Below, in pieces: positions 19,367 through 29,148 of a DNA stretch of 64,000 nucleotides. Position 1 is the stretch's first letter; each line of letters opens with the position of its first letter. The DNA comes from Mollicutes bacterium (GTDB taxonomy: Bacteria; Bacillota_I; Bacilli_A; Izemoplasmatales; Izemoplasmataceae), in NCBI GenBank assembly GCA_003554025.1, contig PWFC01000016.1, positions 22,129 through 86,128 on the forward strand, read 5' to 3'. Both the position numbers and the translations under genes were made by a program. A model generated the notes under the pieces. That model ran no database searches. It was not told where the DNA came from and was given only the letters and a program-made list of their open reading frames with translations.

Positions 19367-20611
19367 GTGTACGGATTGTTGGGAAAAACCCTTTCGCACA
19401 GCTTTTCAAAACGTATCCACGAAAAAATCGACGATGAGCCCTACCACTTGTACGAAACCGATGATGTCGGCTCCTTTTTGACGAGCAATTCCTTCAAAGG
19501 TGTAAACGTCACCCATCCCTACAAACAAGCCGTCATGAACCATCTTGATACGCTAGATTCTACGGCCAAAAAAACCGACGCCGTCAACACCATTGTCAAA
19601 AAAAACCACAAACTGATCGGTTATAACACCGATTACTTAGCGCTACGAGACATCATTCAACGCCGTTTCCCCAAAGACAAGAATACAACCATTGGAATAC
19701 TGGGAAATGGCGCCACTATGCGCTCATTGAAACACGCCCTTAACGATGAAAACTACCGGAACATCACCATATACGCCCGCAACCCTCGCAAGGATGAATG
19801 CCCTCTCAATCAAATCAGTGCAGACGTAGAAGTCTTAATCAACGCAACCCCGGTAGGCATGTACCCGAACAACAACGAAAGGTTTCCTTTCCGCTTGCAA
19901 GACTTGCGCGCCTTGACCTTTGTGTTCGACGTGGTCTACAACCCCTTCAAAACCCGTCTTCTAATGGAAGCGGAAGCTTTAGGGGCGGAAACGATGAACG
20001 GGTTGGAACTGTTGATTCGGCAAGCGCTATTGAGCCGAGCTCTTTACAAAGACAAAAACGATGTAGAGACGAAACCGACGAGTTTGCTTCGCTCACTCTA
20101 TGAAGAGCTGTCGAACATTGTGCTAATCGGTCTTCCCTATGCGGGAAAATCCCATTATGGAGAACGTTTGGCAAAAACCCTCAACAAGCCGTTCGTAGAC
20201 ATTGACCAATACATTGAATCTCATCATGGCTGCACAATCGAACGTCTTTTCGACACCGAGGGCGAAGCGGCGTTTCGACATTTGGAATATAAGGCCATAC
20301 AAGATTTTGGAAAAAAGCACGGACAAATTATCGCACCGGGCGGCGGTGTCGTGCTCAGCGCAGAGGTCATGATGGCGCTCATGCAAAACGGAGTGTTGGT
20401 CTTTCTCGACCTTGACGAAAGTCTTCTGGCCGAACACAAGATGACAGGAAGGCCCTTGGCCAATACAATGCAAGACTTCAAAAAGCTCAAAAATGAGCGA
20501 CAATCACTTTATGAGCATTATTGCGACATCGTCGTCGACAAAAACACCTGGGACGAAAACGTCATACTCGGTCGCATCAAGGAGGGGCTCAATGCGTATT
20601 TTAATCGTTAA
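19367..20611 (+). CDS. bifunctional shikimate dehydrogenase / shikimate kinase (AroE-AroK fusion)
   Basis: The N-terminal ~270 aa look like AroE (YGLLGKTLSHSFS…NTDY). The C-terminus has a shikimate-kinase P-loop GLPYAGKS. An in-frame GTG at 19367 gives the typical AroE N-terminus. The listed ATG at 19319 would overlap the CM gene. Confidence 0.75.
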   Translation: MYGLLGKTLSHSFSKRIHEKIDDEPYHLYETDDVGSFLTSNSFKGVNVTHPYKQAVMNHLDTLDSTAKKTDAVNTIVKKNHKLIGYNTDYLALRDIIQRRFPKDKNTTIGILGNGATMRSLKHALNDENYRNITIYARNPRKDECPLNQISADVEVLINATPVGMYPNNNERFPFRLQDLRALTFVFDVVYNPFKTRLLMEAEALGAETMNGLELLIRQALLSRALYKDKNDVETKPTSLLRSLYEELSNIVLIGLPYAGKSHYGERLAKTLNKPFVDIDQYIESHHGCTIERLFDTEGEAAFRHLEYKAIQDFGKKHGQIIAPGGGVVLSAEVMMALMQNGVLVFLDLDESLLAEHKMTGRPLANTMQDFKKLKNERQSLYEHYCDIVVDKNTWDENVILGRIKEGLNAYFNR

Positions 20612-21032
20612 CGGACCGAACTTGAATCGTTTGGGACGCAGACAAACGGAAATCTATGGAAGCGATACATACCAGGATTTGCAAAATCGGGTTGAAACCG
20701 CCGCAAAATCCATGGATATTGAGACAACCATACGGCAGTCGAATCACGAAGGGACTTTGATTGATTGGTTGCATGAAGCCGAAAACGAAGGGTTTTCCGG
20801 TGTTTTGCTGAACGCCGGCGCTTTCACGCATTACAGTTACGCTCTTTATGACGCAATCCTGTCGATCGATTTGCCCGTTCTTGAGATTCACCTAACCCGC
20901 TTAAAAGACCGAAAAGAGTCTTTTCGCAAGCGATCGCTCATACAAAACGCTTGCGAAGCCACGTTTGAAGGCGAAGGGATTCAAAGTTACATCAAAGCTA
21001 TAGAATACGTCAAAAAGGAATGGTTGCCATGA
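20592..21032 (+). CDS. aroQ: 3-dehydroquinate dehydratase type II
   Basis: MRILIVNGPNLNRLGRRQTEIYG… is the type II DHQase signature. The start overlaps the previous gene by 20 nt. Confidence 0.85.
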   Translation: MRILIVNGPNLNRLGRRQTEIYGSDTYQDLQNRVETAAKSMDIETTIRQSNHEGTLIDWLHEAENEGFSGVLLNAGAFTHYSYALYDAILSIDLPVLEIHLTRLKDRKESFRKRSLIQNACEATFEGEGIQSYIKAIEYVKKEWLP

Positions 21033-22015
21033 TCATCGTAATGGAGAAAACCAGTGATTGCGCCACGCTCGAAACTTATTTGACCGAAAAAGGCTACGAA
21101 GTGCATTCGCTTGAAGGCGGAGATGAAATCCTCTTGCATCTCATCGGCGACACAACCGCCTTAGAAATCCAATCGCTTTCTTCCTATGAGGGCGTTCGAA
21201 AAATTGTCCGCACAAAAGCCCCCTACCGCTATGTGAACAAACCCCGGACAAGCGGTCCGTTTCTAATAGGCGAACGGCGTCTTGATGACATGCTCCCCTT
21301 GTATATAGCCGGCCCGTGCAGTGTCGAGAGCAAAGAGCAAATCTTGCACATCGCCGAAAAGGTCAAAGAAGCGGGAGCGCATGCTTTGCGGGGTGGCGCC
21401 TTCAAACCCAGAAGCAGCCCTCATTCTTTTCAAGGGCTTCACAAAGAAGGCCTACAGCACTTAAAAAGCGCCGCCAAGGCGCATGGACTGCTATCGATAA
21501 GCGAAATTGTGGACAAAGAGGATTTGCCTTTGTTTGAGGATACGGTCGACATCATTCAAATCGGAGCCAGAAACATGCAAAATTTCTCCTTGCTCAAAGC
21601 GCTTGGAAAGAGTTCGAAACCGGTGCTTTTGAAACGAGGATTCGCCAACACGGTCGAAGAGTGGCTGCTCAGTGCCGAATACTTGATGATGCACGGAAAC
21701 GACAAAATCATCCTGTGCGAACGGGGAATTCGCACATTCGAACCCTCTTCGAGACATACGCTTGATCTTGGTGGCATGCTTGCCGCAAAACAAACGACGC
21801 ATTTGCCCGTCATCGTCGACCCATCCCATGCGGCCGGCGATTATCGTTTGGTCGAAGGCCTTTCAAAAGCTTCAATCGCCGCAGGGGCCGACGGTTTGAT
21901 GATCGAAGTGCATGACAAGCCCTTCCAGGCTTTAAGCGATGGAGCGCAATCCTTAAAACCCAAACGCTTCGCCAAATTGATTCGTTCGCTCAAAGCCTTC
22001 GAGGAACACAATTAA
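21020..22015 (+). CDS. DAHP synthase (type I-beta) with N-terminal ACT/ferredoxin-like regulatory domain
   Basis: 331 aa. The C-terminal ~250 aa are a KDO8P/DAHPS TIM barrel (LYIAGPCSVES…). The N-terminal ~85 aa are an extra regulatory-type domain. Confidence 0.8.
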   Translation: MVAMIIVMEKTSDCATLETYLTEKGYEVHSLEGGDEILLHLIGDTTALEIQSLSSYEGVRKIVRTKAPYRYVNKPRTSGPFLIGERRLDDMLPLYIAGPCSVESKEQILHIAEKVKEAGAHALRGGAFKPRSSPHSFQGLHKEGLQHLKSAAKAHGLLSISEIVDKEDLPLFEDTVDIIQIGARNMQNFSLLKALGKSSKPVLLKRGFANTVEEWLLSAEYLMMHGNDKIILCERGIRTFEPSSRHTLDLGGMLAAKQTTHLPVIVDPSHAAGDYRLVEGLSKASIAAGADGLMIEVHDKPFQALSDGAQSLKPKRFAKLIRSLKAFEEHN

Positions 22016-22084
22016 CATTTCCCATAACCCCATGCGTGTGTTATAATTTATAAAAAGACCTATCCCCCACCGGAGGCGATTTCC

Positions 22085-22600
22085 ATGCGCAAAATCCTCA
22101 ACATCGCCCGTTTTGCCATTCTTTTCAGCATCTTTATATCGGTTTTCGGAATCTATCTGGATATTCGTTTCGATCGAGACTGGGCGCAAAACATGGTGAT
22201 TGCGATTTATTTCTACACATACATTTTTCATCCGTTGATTTTCTTCATCATCGGCAGGAGAATCATCCTTTCCACAAACGCCGAAAAGGTCCCTTTTTGT
22301 TTGTTGGTCATATTGCTGCTGTTGGCTATAGTACCTACCACTTATGTCATAGGTTTGAGCGCAGCGGATGGCTTTGGAATCTCCAGAGCGCTTGAAATTG
22401 TCTATCTTGTCTTCGAGTCTGCGGCGTTCCTCGCCGGCATACTATTCTTTATTTATTACGTGCGGCGTTTCATTAAGAAAACCATTGTCAGCCGAGATTT
22501 GATTTCCATGCACCATTACTTGTTTGGGGCGATGATTTATTTCTATTTCGTCCGCTTGACGGTCATCTCGAGCATATTGCTCGCCCAACTTGAAATCTAA
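22085..22600 (+). CDS. hypothetical polytopic membrane protein
   Basis: 171 aa with about 5 hydrophobic helices. It has its own TGTGTTATAAT-like -10. I recognise no family. Confidence 0.4.
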   Translation: MRKILNIARFAILFSIFISVFGIYLDIRFDRDWAQNMVIAIYFYTYIFHPLIFFIIGRRIILSTNAEKVPFCLLVILLLLAIVPTTYVIGLSAADGFGISRALEIVYLVFESAAFLAGILFFIYYVRRFIKKTIVSRDLISMHHYLFGAMIYFYFVRLTVISSILLAQLEI

Positions 22601-22605
22601 ACACA

Positions 22606-22642
22606 AAACCTCCCGTTTTCTCAAAAACGGGAGGTTTTTTTA
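22606..22642. terminator. bidirectional terminator (membrane protein / mfd)
   Basis: AACCTCCCGTTTTT-CTC-AAAAACGGGAGGTT hairpin followed by a T-run. Confidence 0.75.
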
Positions 22643-22646
22643 ACGC

Positions 22647-25600
22647 TTACGCTCTTTGCTGGATATTTTCCAATAATGGAACGATTAAATCCAGCACCGA
22701 CCGCTCTATCTTGCTTTTTTCCATCATGATGTGCAAGCGGTTTTTCTTATAAGACAGATGGATGAAACGAGAAAGGTTGCTGGCTTGTTCAAACAACATC
22801 TCCCCATGGATGTGGCGGGAAGCTTCTTCGCTCAACATGAATGTGATCTGTCTATTCGAATCGCGGGTTTTCTCGACGCCGGCCTTGACCGCTAGGTACT
22901 CATAAAGTTTTTCGAGCATGTAGTGCCGCAATTCCTCGGGAATCGGACCGAAGCGATCCTTGCATTCTTCAAGAAGCGCAACGTGGTCTTCCCGGTTTTT
23001 TTGCGCGGCGATTTTTTTGTGCAGTTCAATGCGCATGTCGTCGTCGGGTACGTATGATTTTGGAATCGACCGCGAAGCGGGGAGCTTGAGAGATTGCCTT
23101 TTCTCATCGGGAATTTCTTCTTCTTTGGCGGTTTCCTTGTGTTCTTTGTCAATCTCTTCTCGGAGAATTTCCATGAAAAGATCAATACCGACGCTGTCGA
23201 TGAAACCGGATTGTTCGGTTCCAAGCAAATCCCCGGCCCCGCGTATGGCCAAATCCCGTTGGGCGATTTTGTAGCCGCTGCCAAGTTCTGTGAACTCTTT
23301 GATGGCCTGTAGGCGTTTGGCGGCTTCTTCGTTAAGTTGTTTTTGTTTTGCATACATCAAGTAGCTGTAGGCTATGCGGTTGCTTCTGCCGACCCGCCCG
23401 CGAATTTGGTAAAGCTGAGCAAGGCCCAAGCGATCGGCATCGTGAACAATTAGCGTATTGGCGTTAGGGATGTCGAGCCCGGTTTCAATGATGGTTGTGG
23501 ACACCAAGACATCGAACTCATGGTCCAAAAATGAGCGCATTACCGCTTCTAGCTGCATTCGGTTCATCTGCCCATGTGCGACGCCGAAACGGGCGTCGGG
23601 AACCAAACGGCGAAGATCGTCGGCGACTTCTTCTATGCTCTCGATGCGATTGAAAAGGTAAAAGACTTGCCCGTGGCGCGCGAGCTCTCGCTCAATGGCG
23701 TCTTTGATGACGTGGTCGTTTCGGCGGAGAACATAGGTTTGAACCGGAAAGCGGTCTTTGGGTGGCGTTTCGATCAAGCTCATTTGTTTGACGTCGGTCA
23801 TGGCCATTTGCAGGGTTCTTGGTATGGGGGTGGCCGAGAGAGATAGCACATCGATTTGGGTCTTGAGCTGCTTGATGCGTTCTTTGTGTTCGACGCCGAA
23901 CCGTTGTTCTTCATCGACAATCAACAGGCCGAGATCCTTATAATTTATATCTCTTGAGAGAAGTCGGTGTGTGCCGATGACGACGTCGATAGAGCCTTTT
24001 TCGATGCCCTCGATGAACGTTTTTTGTTTGTGGCGGCGGACAAAGCGGTTGAGCAGCGCGATTTTGATGCCGTGTTGTTCTAGACGGTTTTTGAAAGTGT
24101 AATAATGTTGGCGTGAAAGAATGGTGGTCGGGGCTAGATACACGACCTGTTTGTTGTCTAATACGGCTTTGAAAGTAGCCCTGAGGGCGACTTCGGTCTT
24201 TCCGTATCCGACATCGCCGCAAATCAGGCGGTCCATCGGCAAGGGACGTTCCATATCCCGTTTAACGTCCTCGATGGCTTGGCGCTGATCATCGGTTTCT
24301 TCATAGGGGAATTCTGCCTCGAAGGCGGTCATGAGATCGTTGTCTTCGCTAAAAGCGAAGCCCTTGGCTTTTTGCCTTTGAGCGTAAAGATCGATCAAAT
24401 GTTTGGCAATGTCTTTGGCTTTTTTTCGTACTCGTCGTTTGGTTTTGGCCCATTCGGCGCTGCCAAGCTTGTTTAATCTCGGAGTAACGCCTTCGTGGGA
24501 CACGTATTTTTGGATGAGATGCACGCTCTCTACGGGAATATAGAGCTTGTCGTCGCCTCGATAGGCGATAACGATATAATCGTTGGTGGCGTTTTGCACT
24601 TCCATGGTTTCAACGCCCAAAAAACGGCCGATACCATGATCATAGTGCACAATGAGGTCGCCTTTTTCCAAGGATTTGACAGAAGAGATGGATTCGCTTT
24701 CCTTGAACACTTTCCTGCGTTTCTTTTTGTGGGCCGGGGTAATTTTTTTATAGATGTCCCGATCAGAAAGCAAGACAAACGATGTGTCGAACCATTCAAA
24801 AGAAAGAGGATTGTCGACAACGCTAAGATTGATCGCTTTTTCGAAAGGAGAATCTTCGGCGCCGAGTATCTTAAACGGCACTTGCCCATCGAGCACGTCG
24901 CGCAGTTTGTCGAGACGTTTTTCCTCGCTTAATGTGATCAGAACCGTGACATGCCCTGCATACCGTTTCAAGTCCTTGATCAGCATTCTGATGTCGTTTC
25001 CGTAGCGAATGCTCTCCTTCGCACGCAAGGAAAGGACTTCTTGGGATTTTCTCTTCATGGGCAATGGATTGATCGCCACGCGTTTATCATAAGGAACTCG
25101 GTCTAGGTCTTTCATGAAAGAGAATCCGAGTTTTGGATAATCTTCGTTTTCCATCATCCACGAGGCGAGGTCTTCCCTTATTTGAGCATAGGACGCCTCG
25201 ATTTTCTCATGGTTTAGCGTAATCAGAAGCGGTTCTTGTAAGTAATCGGTGACGGTTGAGAGTTTGACATCCGCGAAGGCCATGTAACGAGCCAATTTGT
25301 CTTGGTTTTCGCGATTCTCCAGTTCTTCGAGTTCTTCATTGACCCGTTCTCTGGTCGTCTCGGAGTAATCGTTTTTGTTTAATTCCTTGCGAACGTTCTC
25401 TTGTATGGCAAGAAGCGTGTCGTCGTTAAAGAAAAACTCCGTTCGAGGCACAAGGGTGAACGATGTGATTTTGTCCAGCGAGCGTTGTGTATTCACGTTG
25501 AAGGTTCGAAGAGAGTCGATTTCGGTATCGAAGAAATCGATGCGTACGGGATGGTCGTAGCCGGGAAGATAAAGGTCGAAAATGCTCCCTCTTTGGGCGA

Positions 25601-26114
25601 AATCCCCCACTTTTTCAACGTTTGATGCGGCTTGATAGCCAAGCTGCACAAGTTTGTTCTTGAACGCGTCAAGGTCGACATCGTCTCCAACCCTATACGT
25701 TTCATAGGATTTGAGAAACGCTTCCTTAGGAAGCATGTATTTGACCAAACCCGTGGTATGCGTCACTACTAGGTTTTGCTTTTGTTCAAGCAGGGTCCTG
25801 ATGGTGAAAAGCCTTTGAAACTTCAACTCTTCGCTCATCGCAAGCATGTCCGTCGTCAGAAATTCGTCCTGTGGAAAAAACGACACTCTTTGGTTGTTCA
25901 GTTCGTTCAACGTGTCGTAGGTTTTTTGCGCATGGTAGAGGTTGTGGTTGACGACCAAAACGTCCCTTTGCGTTTCTTTGAACAACGCGTAAATCAAAAA
26001 TACGCTTAAGGCGTCTGTCGAGTGAGGCAATTCGACGGTCCTCCGCGTTTCTACCGTGCGAAGAAGTTTTTGGAAAAACTCTGTTTTTTTCAGGTGCGAA
26101 AGCAATTGGTCCAT
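22647..26114 (-). CDS. mfd: transcription-repair coupling factor
   Basis: About 1155 aa with UvrB-homology, DEEQ helicase motifs and a TRG domain. The start is taken at MDQLLSHL. Confidence 0.9.
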   Translation of the reverse strand: MDQLLSHLKKTEFFQKLLRTVETRRTVELPHSTDALSVFLIYALFKETQRDVLVVNHNLYHAQKTYDTLNELNNQRVSFFPQDEFLTTDMLAMSEELKFQRLFTIRTLLEQKQNLVVTHTTGLVKYMLPKEAFLKSYETYRVGDDVDLDAFKNKLVQLGYQAASNVEKVGDFAQRGSIFDLYLPGYDHPVRIDFFDTEIDSLRTFNVNTQRSLDKITSFTLVPRTEFFFNDDTLLAIQENVRKELNKNDYSETTRERVNEELEELENRENQDKLARYMAFADVKLSTVTDYLQEPLLITLNHEKIEASYAQIREDLASWMMENEDYPKLGFSFMKDLDRVPYDKRVAINPLPMKRKSQEVLSLRAKESIRYGNDIRMLIKDLKRYAGHVTVLITLSEEKRLDKLRDVLDGQVPFKILGAEDSPFEKAINLSVVDNPLSFEWFDTSFVLLSDRDIYKKITPAHKKKRRKVFKESESISSVKSLEKGDLIVHYDHGIGRFLGVETMEVQNATNDYIVIAYRGDDKLYIPVESVHLIQKYVSHEGVTPRLNKLGSAEWAKTKRRVRKKAKDIAKHLIDLYAQRQKAKGFAFSEDNDLMTAFEAEFPYEETDDQRQAIEDVKRDMERPLPMDRLICGDVGYGKTEVALRATFKAVLDNKQVVYLAPTTILSRQHYYTFKNRLEQHGIKIALLNRFVRRHKQKTFIEGIEKGSIDVVIGTHRLLSRDINYKDLGLLIVDEEQRFGVEHKERIKQLKTQIDVLSLSATPIPRTLQMAMTDVKQMSLIETPPKDRFPVQTYVLRRNDHVIKDAIERELARHGQVFYLFNRIESIEEVADDLRRLVPDARFGVAHGQMNRMQLEAVMRSFLDHEFDVLVSTTIIETGLDIPNANTLIVHDADRLGLAQLYQIRGRVGRSNRIAYSYLMYAKQKQLNEEAAKRLQAIKEFTELGSGYKIAQRDLAIRGAGDLLGTEQSGFIDSVGIDLFMEILREEIDKEHKETAKEEEIPDEKRQSLKLPASRSIPKSYVPDDDMRIELHKKIAAQKNREDHVALLEECKDRFGPIPEELRHYMLEKLYEYLAVKAGVEKTRDSNRQITFMLSEEASRHIHGEMLFEQASNLSRFIHLSYKKNRLHIMMEKSKIERSVLDLIVPLLENIQQRA

Positions 26115-26188
26115 AAAATTACCTCCACGCACTCAAGCGAACAACCCCAAAAAGAGGGGGTGTTCGCCTGCTTGCGATTTTGAGTTTG

Positions 26189-26737
26189 TCAGTTGAAGGT
26201 GTTCATAAGGGCGTTGAACAGTTCGCCTTTTGCGAACTTATCGATGATTCGTTTTACCGTGTTTATGCTTTCAACGACGGCATCGCCCTCGCTTTTGTGA
26301 AAGCGGCTTAGTACATAATTGCGCGAATCGGCGCCTTCAGGAGAGCCAATGCCGAAACGTACCCTCTTAAAATCGTCGCTGCCGAGATGGCCGATGATGG
26401 ATTGAACGCCTCTATGGCCTCCGGCGCTTCCTCTTGGCCGCAATCGCAGTTTCCCGGTAGGCAAATCGAGGTCGTCGTAGACAACAAGCATATCTTCCAT
26501 GTCGATGTCGTAAAAATTCAACGCGGCTTGGACGCTGTTGCCGGAATTGTTCATGAATGTCTTTGGTTTTAAGAGGACGGCGTTTTCATACCTGGCGACT
26601 TCGCCGAAACATTTCTTTTGGCGTTTGAAGGATAGTTTGTGTTCGCTTGCGAACGCCTCTAAGCATAGAAAGCCGATGTTGTGGCGTGTGCGGGCGTATT
26701 TTCTGCCGGGGTTTCCCAAACCGACGATCAACTTCAT
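26189..26737 (-). CDS. pth: peptidyl-tRNA hydrolase
   Basis: 182 aa beginning MKLIVGLGNPGRKYARTRHNIGF. Confidence 0.9.
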   Translation of the reverse strand: MKLIVGLGNPGRKYARTRHNIGFLCLEAFASEHKLSFKRQKKCFGEVARYENAVLLKPKTFMNNSGNSVQAALNFYDIDMEDMLVVYDDLDLPTGKLRLRPRGSAGGHRGVQSIIGHLGSDDFKRVRFGIGSPEGADSRNYVLSRFHKSEGDAVVESINTVKRIIDKFAKGELFNALMNTFN

Positions 26738-27357
26738 TTTTCTTTGGGTTTGATGACGACGTAGCGTTTTTGGCGTTCGCCTTCGCTTTTGGTAATCACA
26801 TCACGCCAATCGGCAAGCTTGGTGTGAATGATACGACGTTCGTAGGCGTTCATGGGATCAAGTTTAGCGGCCGTTTTGGTTTTGGCCACTTCCTTGGCGG
26901 TCTTTGTGGCAAGTATTTCAAGCTGTCGGCGACGGTTTTCCTTGTAGCCGCCGATGTCGACGAATACGATCAGTCTCTCTTCGGTGAAAATGTTCAAGAG
27001 ATTTCGCATATACACCTGAAGACTGTCTAAGGTTTTTCCGTTTTTGCCGATCATAACGGGATTCGCATCGGTGCTGATATGGAAGCGGACTTCGCTTTCG
27101 TTTGGCGTTTCGACGTTGATTTCCGCATCGATGCCCATATCGGCAAAGAGTGTTTTTAAAAGGTTGTGTCCAAATGTTGCGGGGTCGACATTGACCGTCG
27201 CTTCAACATGATAGGATTTTTTAAACCCGAACATGCCACGTTTTTCGGTCGTGTCGAAATCAATATAATCGCGATGCACTCGAAGAAGCGTTTCCGCTTG
27301 GGTTTTTGCCTCTTCAAGGCTTTTCGCTTCAAAAGTTACGTTTTTCATCATAGCCAC
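26734..27357 (-). CDS. khpB: Jag/KhpB RNA-binding protein (Jag_N-KH-R3H)
   Basis: 207 aa with a C-terminal R3H (RRIIHTKL) and a KH region. Its stop overlaps the pth start (ATGA). Confidence 0.8.
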   Translation of the reverse strand: MAMMKNVTFEAKSLEEAKTQAETLLRVHRDYIDFDTTEKRGMFGFKKSYHVEATVNVDPATFGHNLLKTLFADMGIDAEINVETPNESEVRFHISTDANPVMIGKNGKTLDSLQVYMRNLLNIFTEERLIVFVDIGGYKENRRRQLEILATKTAKEVAKTKTAAKLDPMNAYERRIIHTKLADWRDVITKSEGERQKRYVVIKPKEK

Positions 27358-27359
27358 TC

Positions 27360-28217
27360 CTAAGCCGTTTCTTTATCGGCAAAGAATTTCTTGTACTGCT
27401 GTTTTCGGTTGACGCTTGTTTGCAAGAATTGGAACAAGTTCCCCACAATCCAGTAAAAGGCGATGCCTAGGTTGGTAAAAGCAATGCTTGTAAGCATGAT
27501 GACCATGAAATACATGACGTACTTCATCGTTTTTTGCGTCTGTTCTTGTTGTGCGGACTGGTATTTCTTGTTTTGCAAGTACTCCGGTCTCCGCATTGCA
27601 TAGCGTTGATAGAGGAACATCGTAATACCGACCAAGCCCGCCATCAAGAAGAACTGCCAGTTTTGAATCAAAGAGAAGCCATCCGGATTCGCTTCAAAAT
27701 CAAACCAAAGGAATTGATAATTCAGGTTTGCATACGCTTCGGTCATGGTTATTCTGCGTACGACTTGATACATGGCGATGAAAATCGGCATCTGCAAAAA
27801 CGGAAGAAGACAGCCTAAGGGATTGATGTTGTACTTACGGTAAATTTCCAACATTTCCTGTTGCATTTTGCGCTGGCTGGCCTCGTCTTTCTTGTCTTGG
27901 TACTTCTCTTTGAGCCGTTCAATTTCCGGTTGAGCGATTTGCATATTGGCACTCATTGCGGTGCTCTTTGAATAAATCGGCCAACCGACAATTCGGATTA
28001 GCAGTGTGACAGCCATCAATCCGACGATGTAATGTCCGCCGGCGGCTTGGCTGATGTTGTAGATGAGGTCGGCAATTCGGGCCACAATCCATTGGACCCA
28101 ACCAAATCCGCCGCCTTCACCTATGGGTAGGTTATAGTGTTCGGTGTCACAGCCAGAAAGCGTCAACACCATAAACATAACCGCAATCATCATGAAAATC
28201 TTCGTTGTGCGCTTCAT
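27360..28217 (-). CDS. yidC: membrane protein insertase YidC/SpoIIIJ (lipoprotein type)
   Basis: 285 aa. It has a lipobox (LTLSGC) and conserved YidC TM core. Confidence 0.85.
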   Translation of the reverse strand: MKRTTKIFMMIAVMFMVLTLSGCDTEHYNLPIGEGGGFGWVQWIVARIADLIYNISQAAGGHYIVGLMAVTLLIRIVGWPIYSKSTAMSANMQIAQPEIERLKEKYQDKKDEASQRKMQQEMLEIYRKYNINPLGCLLPFLQMPIFIAMYQVVRRITMTEAYANLNYQFLWFDFEANPDGFSLIQNWQFFLMAGLVGITMFLYQRYAMRRPEYLQNKKYQSAQQEQTQKTMKYVMYFMVIMLTSIAFTNLGIAFYWIVGNLFQFLQTSVNRKQQYKKFFADKETA

Positions 28218-28549
28218 TTTTTCACTCCTATATTGTGTTTTCTTAATAATTTGTGCAGTTCTTGTTTCATCTGTGTGTATGAAAGCTTCGCCGCATGGAC
28301 GTGTACAATGATGAAAACGTCCACGCTGTCTTGGATACGCGCTTCATGCAGAATCATACGCAACCTTCGTTTGGCCCAATTTCGCCTCACCGCTTTGCCG
28401 AATTTTTTGGAAACGCTCAACGCATATCGGAAATGCGGCAAAGGGTTTTTGGAGGCGTACACGCTGAAATAAGCATTTTTTCGTACTTTTCTTTGATTAA
28501 GCACAGCCTTGATTTCGTCGTTTTTTTTGATGCGGTACTTCTTTTTCAA
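28214..28549 (-). CDS. rnpA: ribonuclease P protein component
   Basis: 111 aa. Basic RnpA family. Confidence 0.85.
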   Translation of the reverse strand: MKKKYRIKKNDEIKAVLNQRKVRKNAYFSVYASKNPLPHFRYALSVSKKFGKAVRRNWAKRRLRMILHEARIQDSVDVFIIVHVHAAKLSYTQMKQELHKLLRKHNIGVKK

Positions 28550-28644
28550 GTTCCATCACGTCCTCATCGGAATAAAAAAACACCTAAAAACGAATCTTTT
28601 CAGGTGTTTGGCAGGTAATTAAGATCAAAGTTTAAGATTCGCTT

Positions 28645-28779
28645 TTAGGCCGAAAGACGGGTGCGTCCTTTTCCGCGGCGTCTGGAGAGTACGCGCTTTC
28701 CACTAGAAGAAGACATTCTTTTGCGAAATCCGTGTTTTTTGTTTTTTCTGCGTTTGTTCGGTTGATAAGTGCGTTTCAT
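28645..28779 (-). CDS. rpmH: 50S ribosomal protein L34
   Basis: Translates to [44 protein letters not shown] (44 aa). It is absent from the supplied ORF track because it is under 60 aa. Confidence 0.9.
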   Translation of the reverse strand: MKRTYQPNKRRKNKKHGFRKRMSSSSGKRVLSRRRGKGRTRLSA

Positions 28780-28859
28780 GAAAGCCCCTCCTATTCGTCA
28801 ATAAAAACCACGCTTTCAAATTATATACAATTACGCTTCGTGTGTCAACCGATATTTGT

Positions 28860-29100
28860 TGAAGCGTCGATTTGAAAAGATTTTAAAGAAGTTTTCCACA
28901 TTCGAAAACGGCATAATCTCAATGTTTCTACATTCACGAATGTGGAAATGTGAAAATGTAGAAAAGGCTATTTTGTGGAATTGTTGAAAGCTCGTTTTAT
29001 GGCTTTATAAAGAGCATAATCACACTTATATCATTGTGAAGAAGGGTGTGAAATCAGAAAGTTTTCCACATTTTTTGTTGATAAATATTTGTTTTTTTTC
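28860..29100. promoter_or_regulatory. oriC part 1: DnaA-box cluster upstream of dnaA
   Basis: DnaA-box-like 9-mers sit at 28892-28900 (TTTTCCACA), 28941-28949 (TGTGGAAAT), 28975-28983 (TGTGGAATT) and 29062-29070 (TTTTCCACA). The flanks are AT-rich. Confidence 0.75.
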
Positions 29101-29148
29101 TCAAATTGGTGTGCTAGAATAGAGACACGTTAACGGGGGTGAACCACC

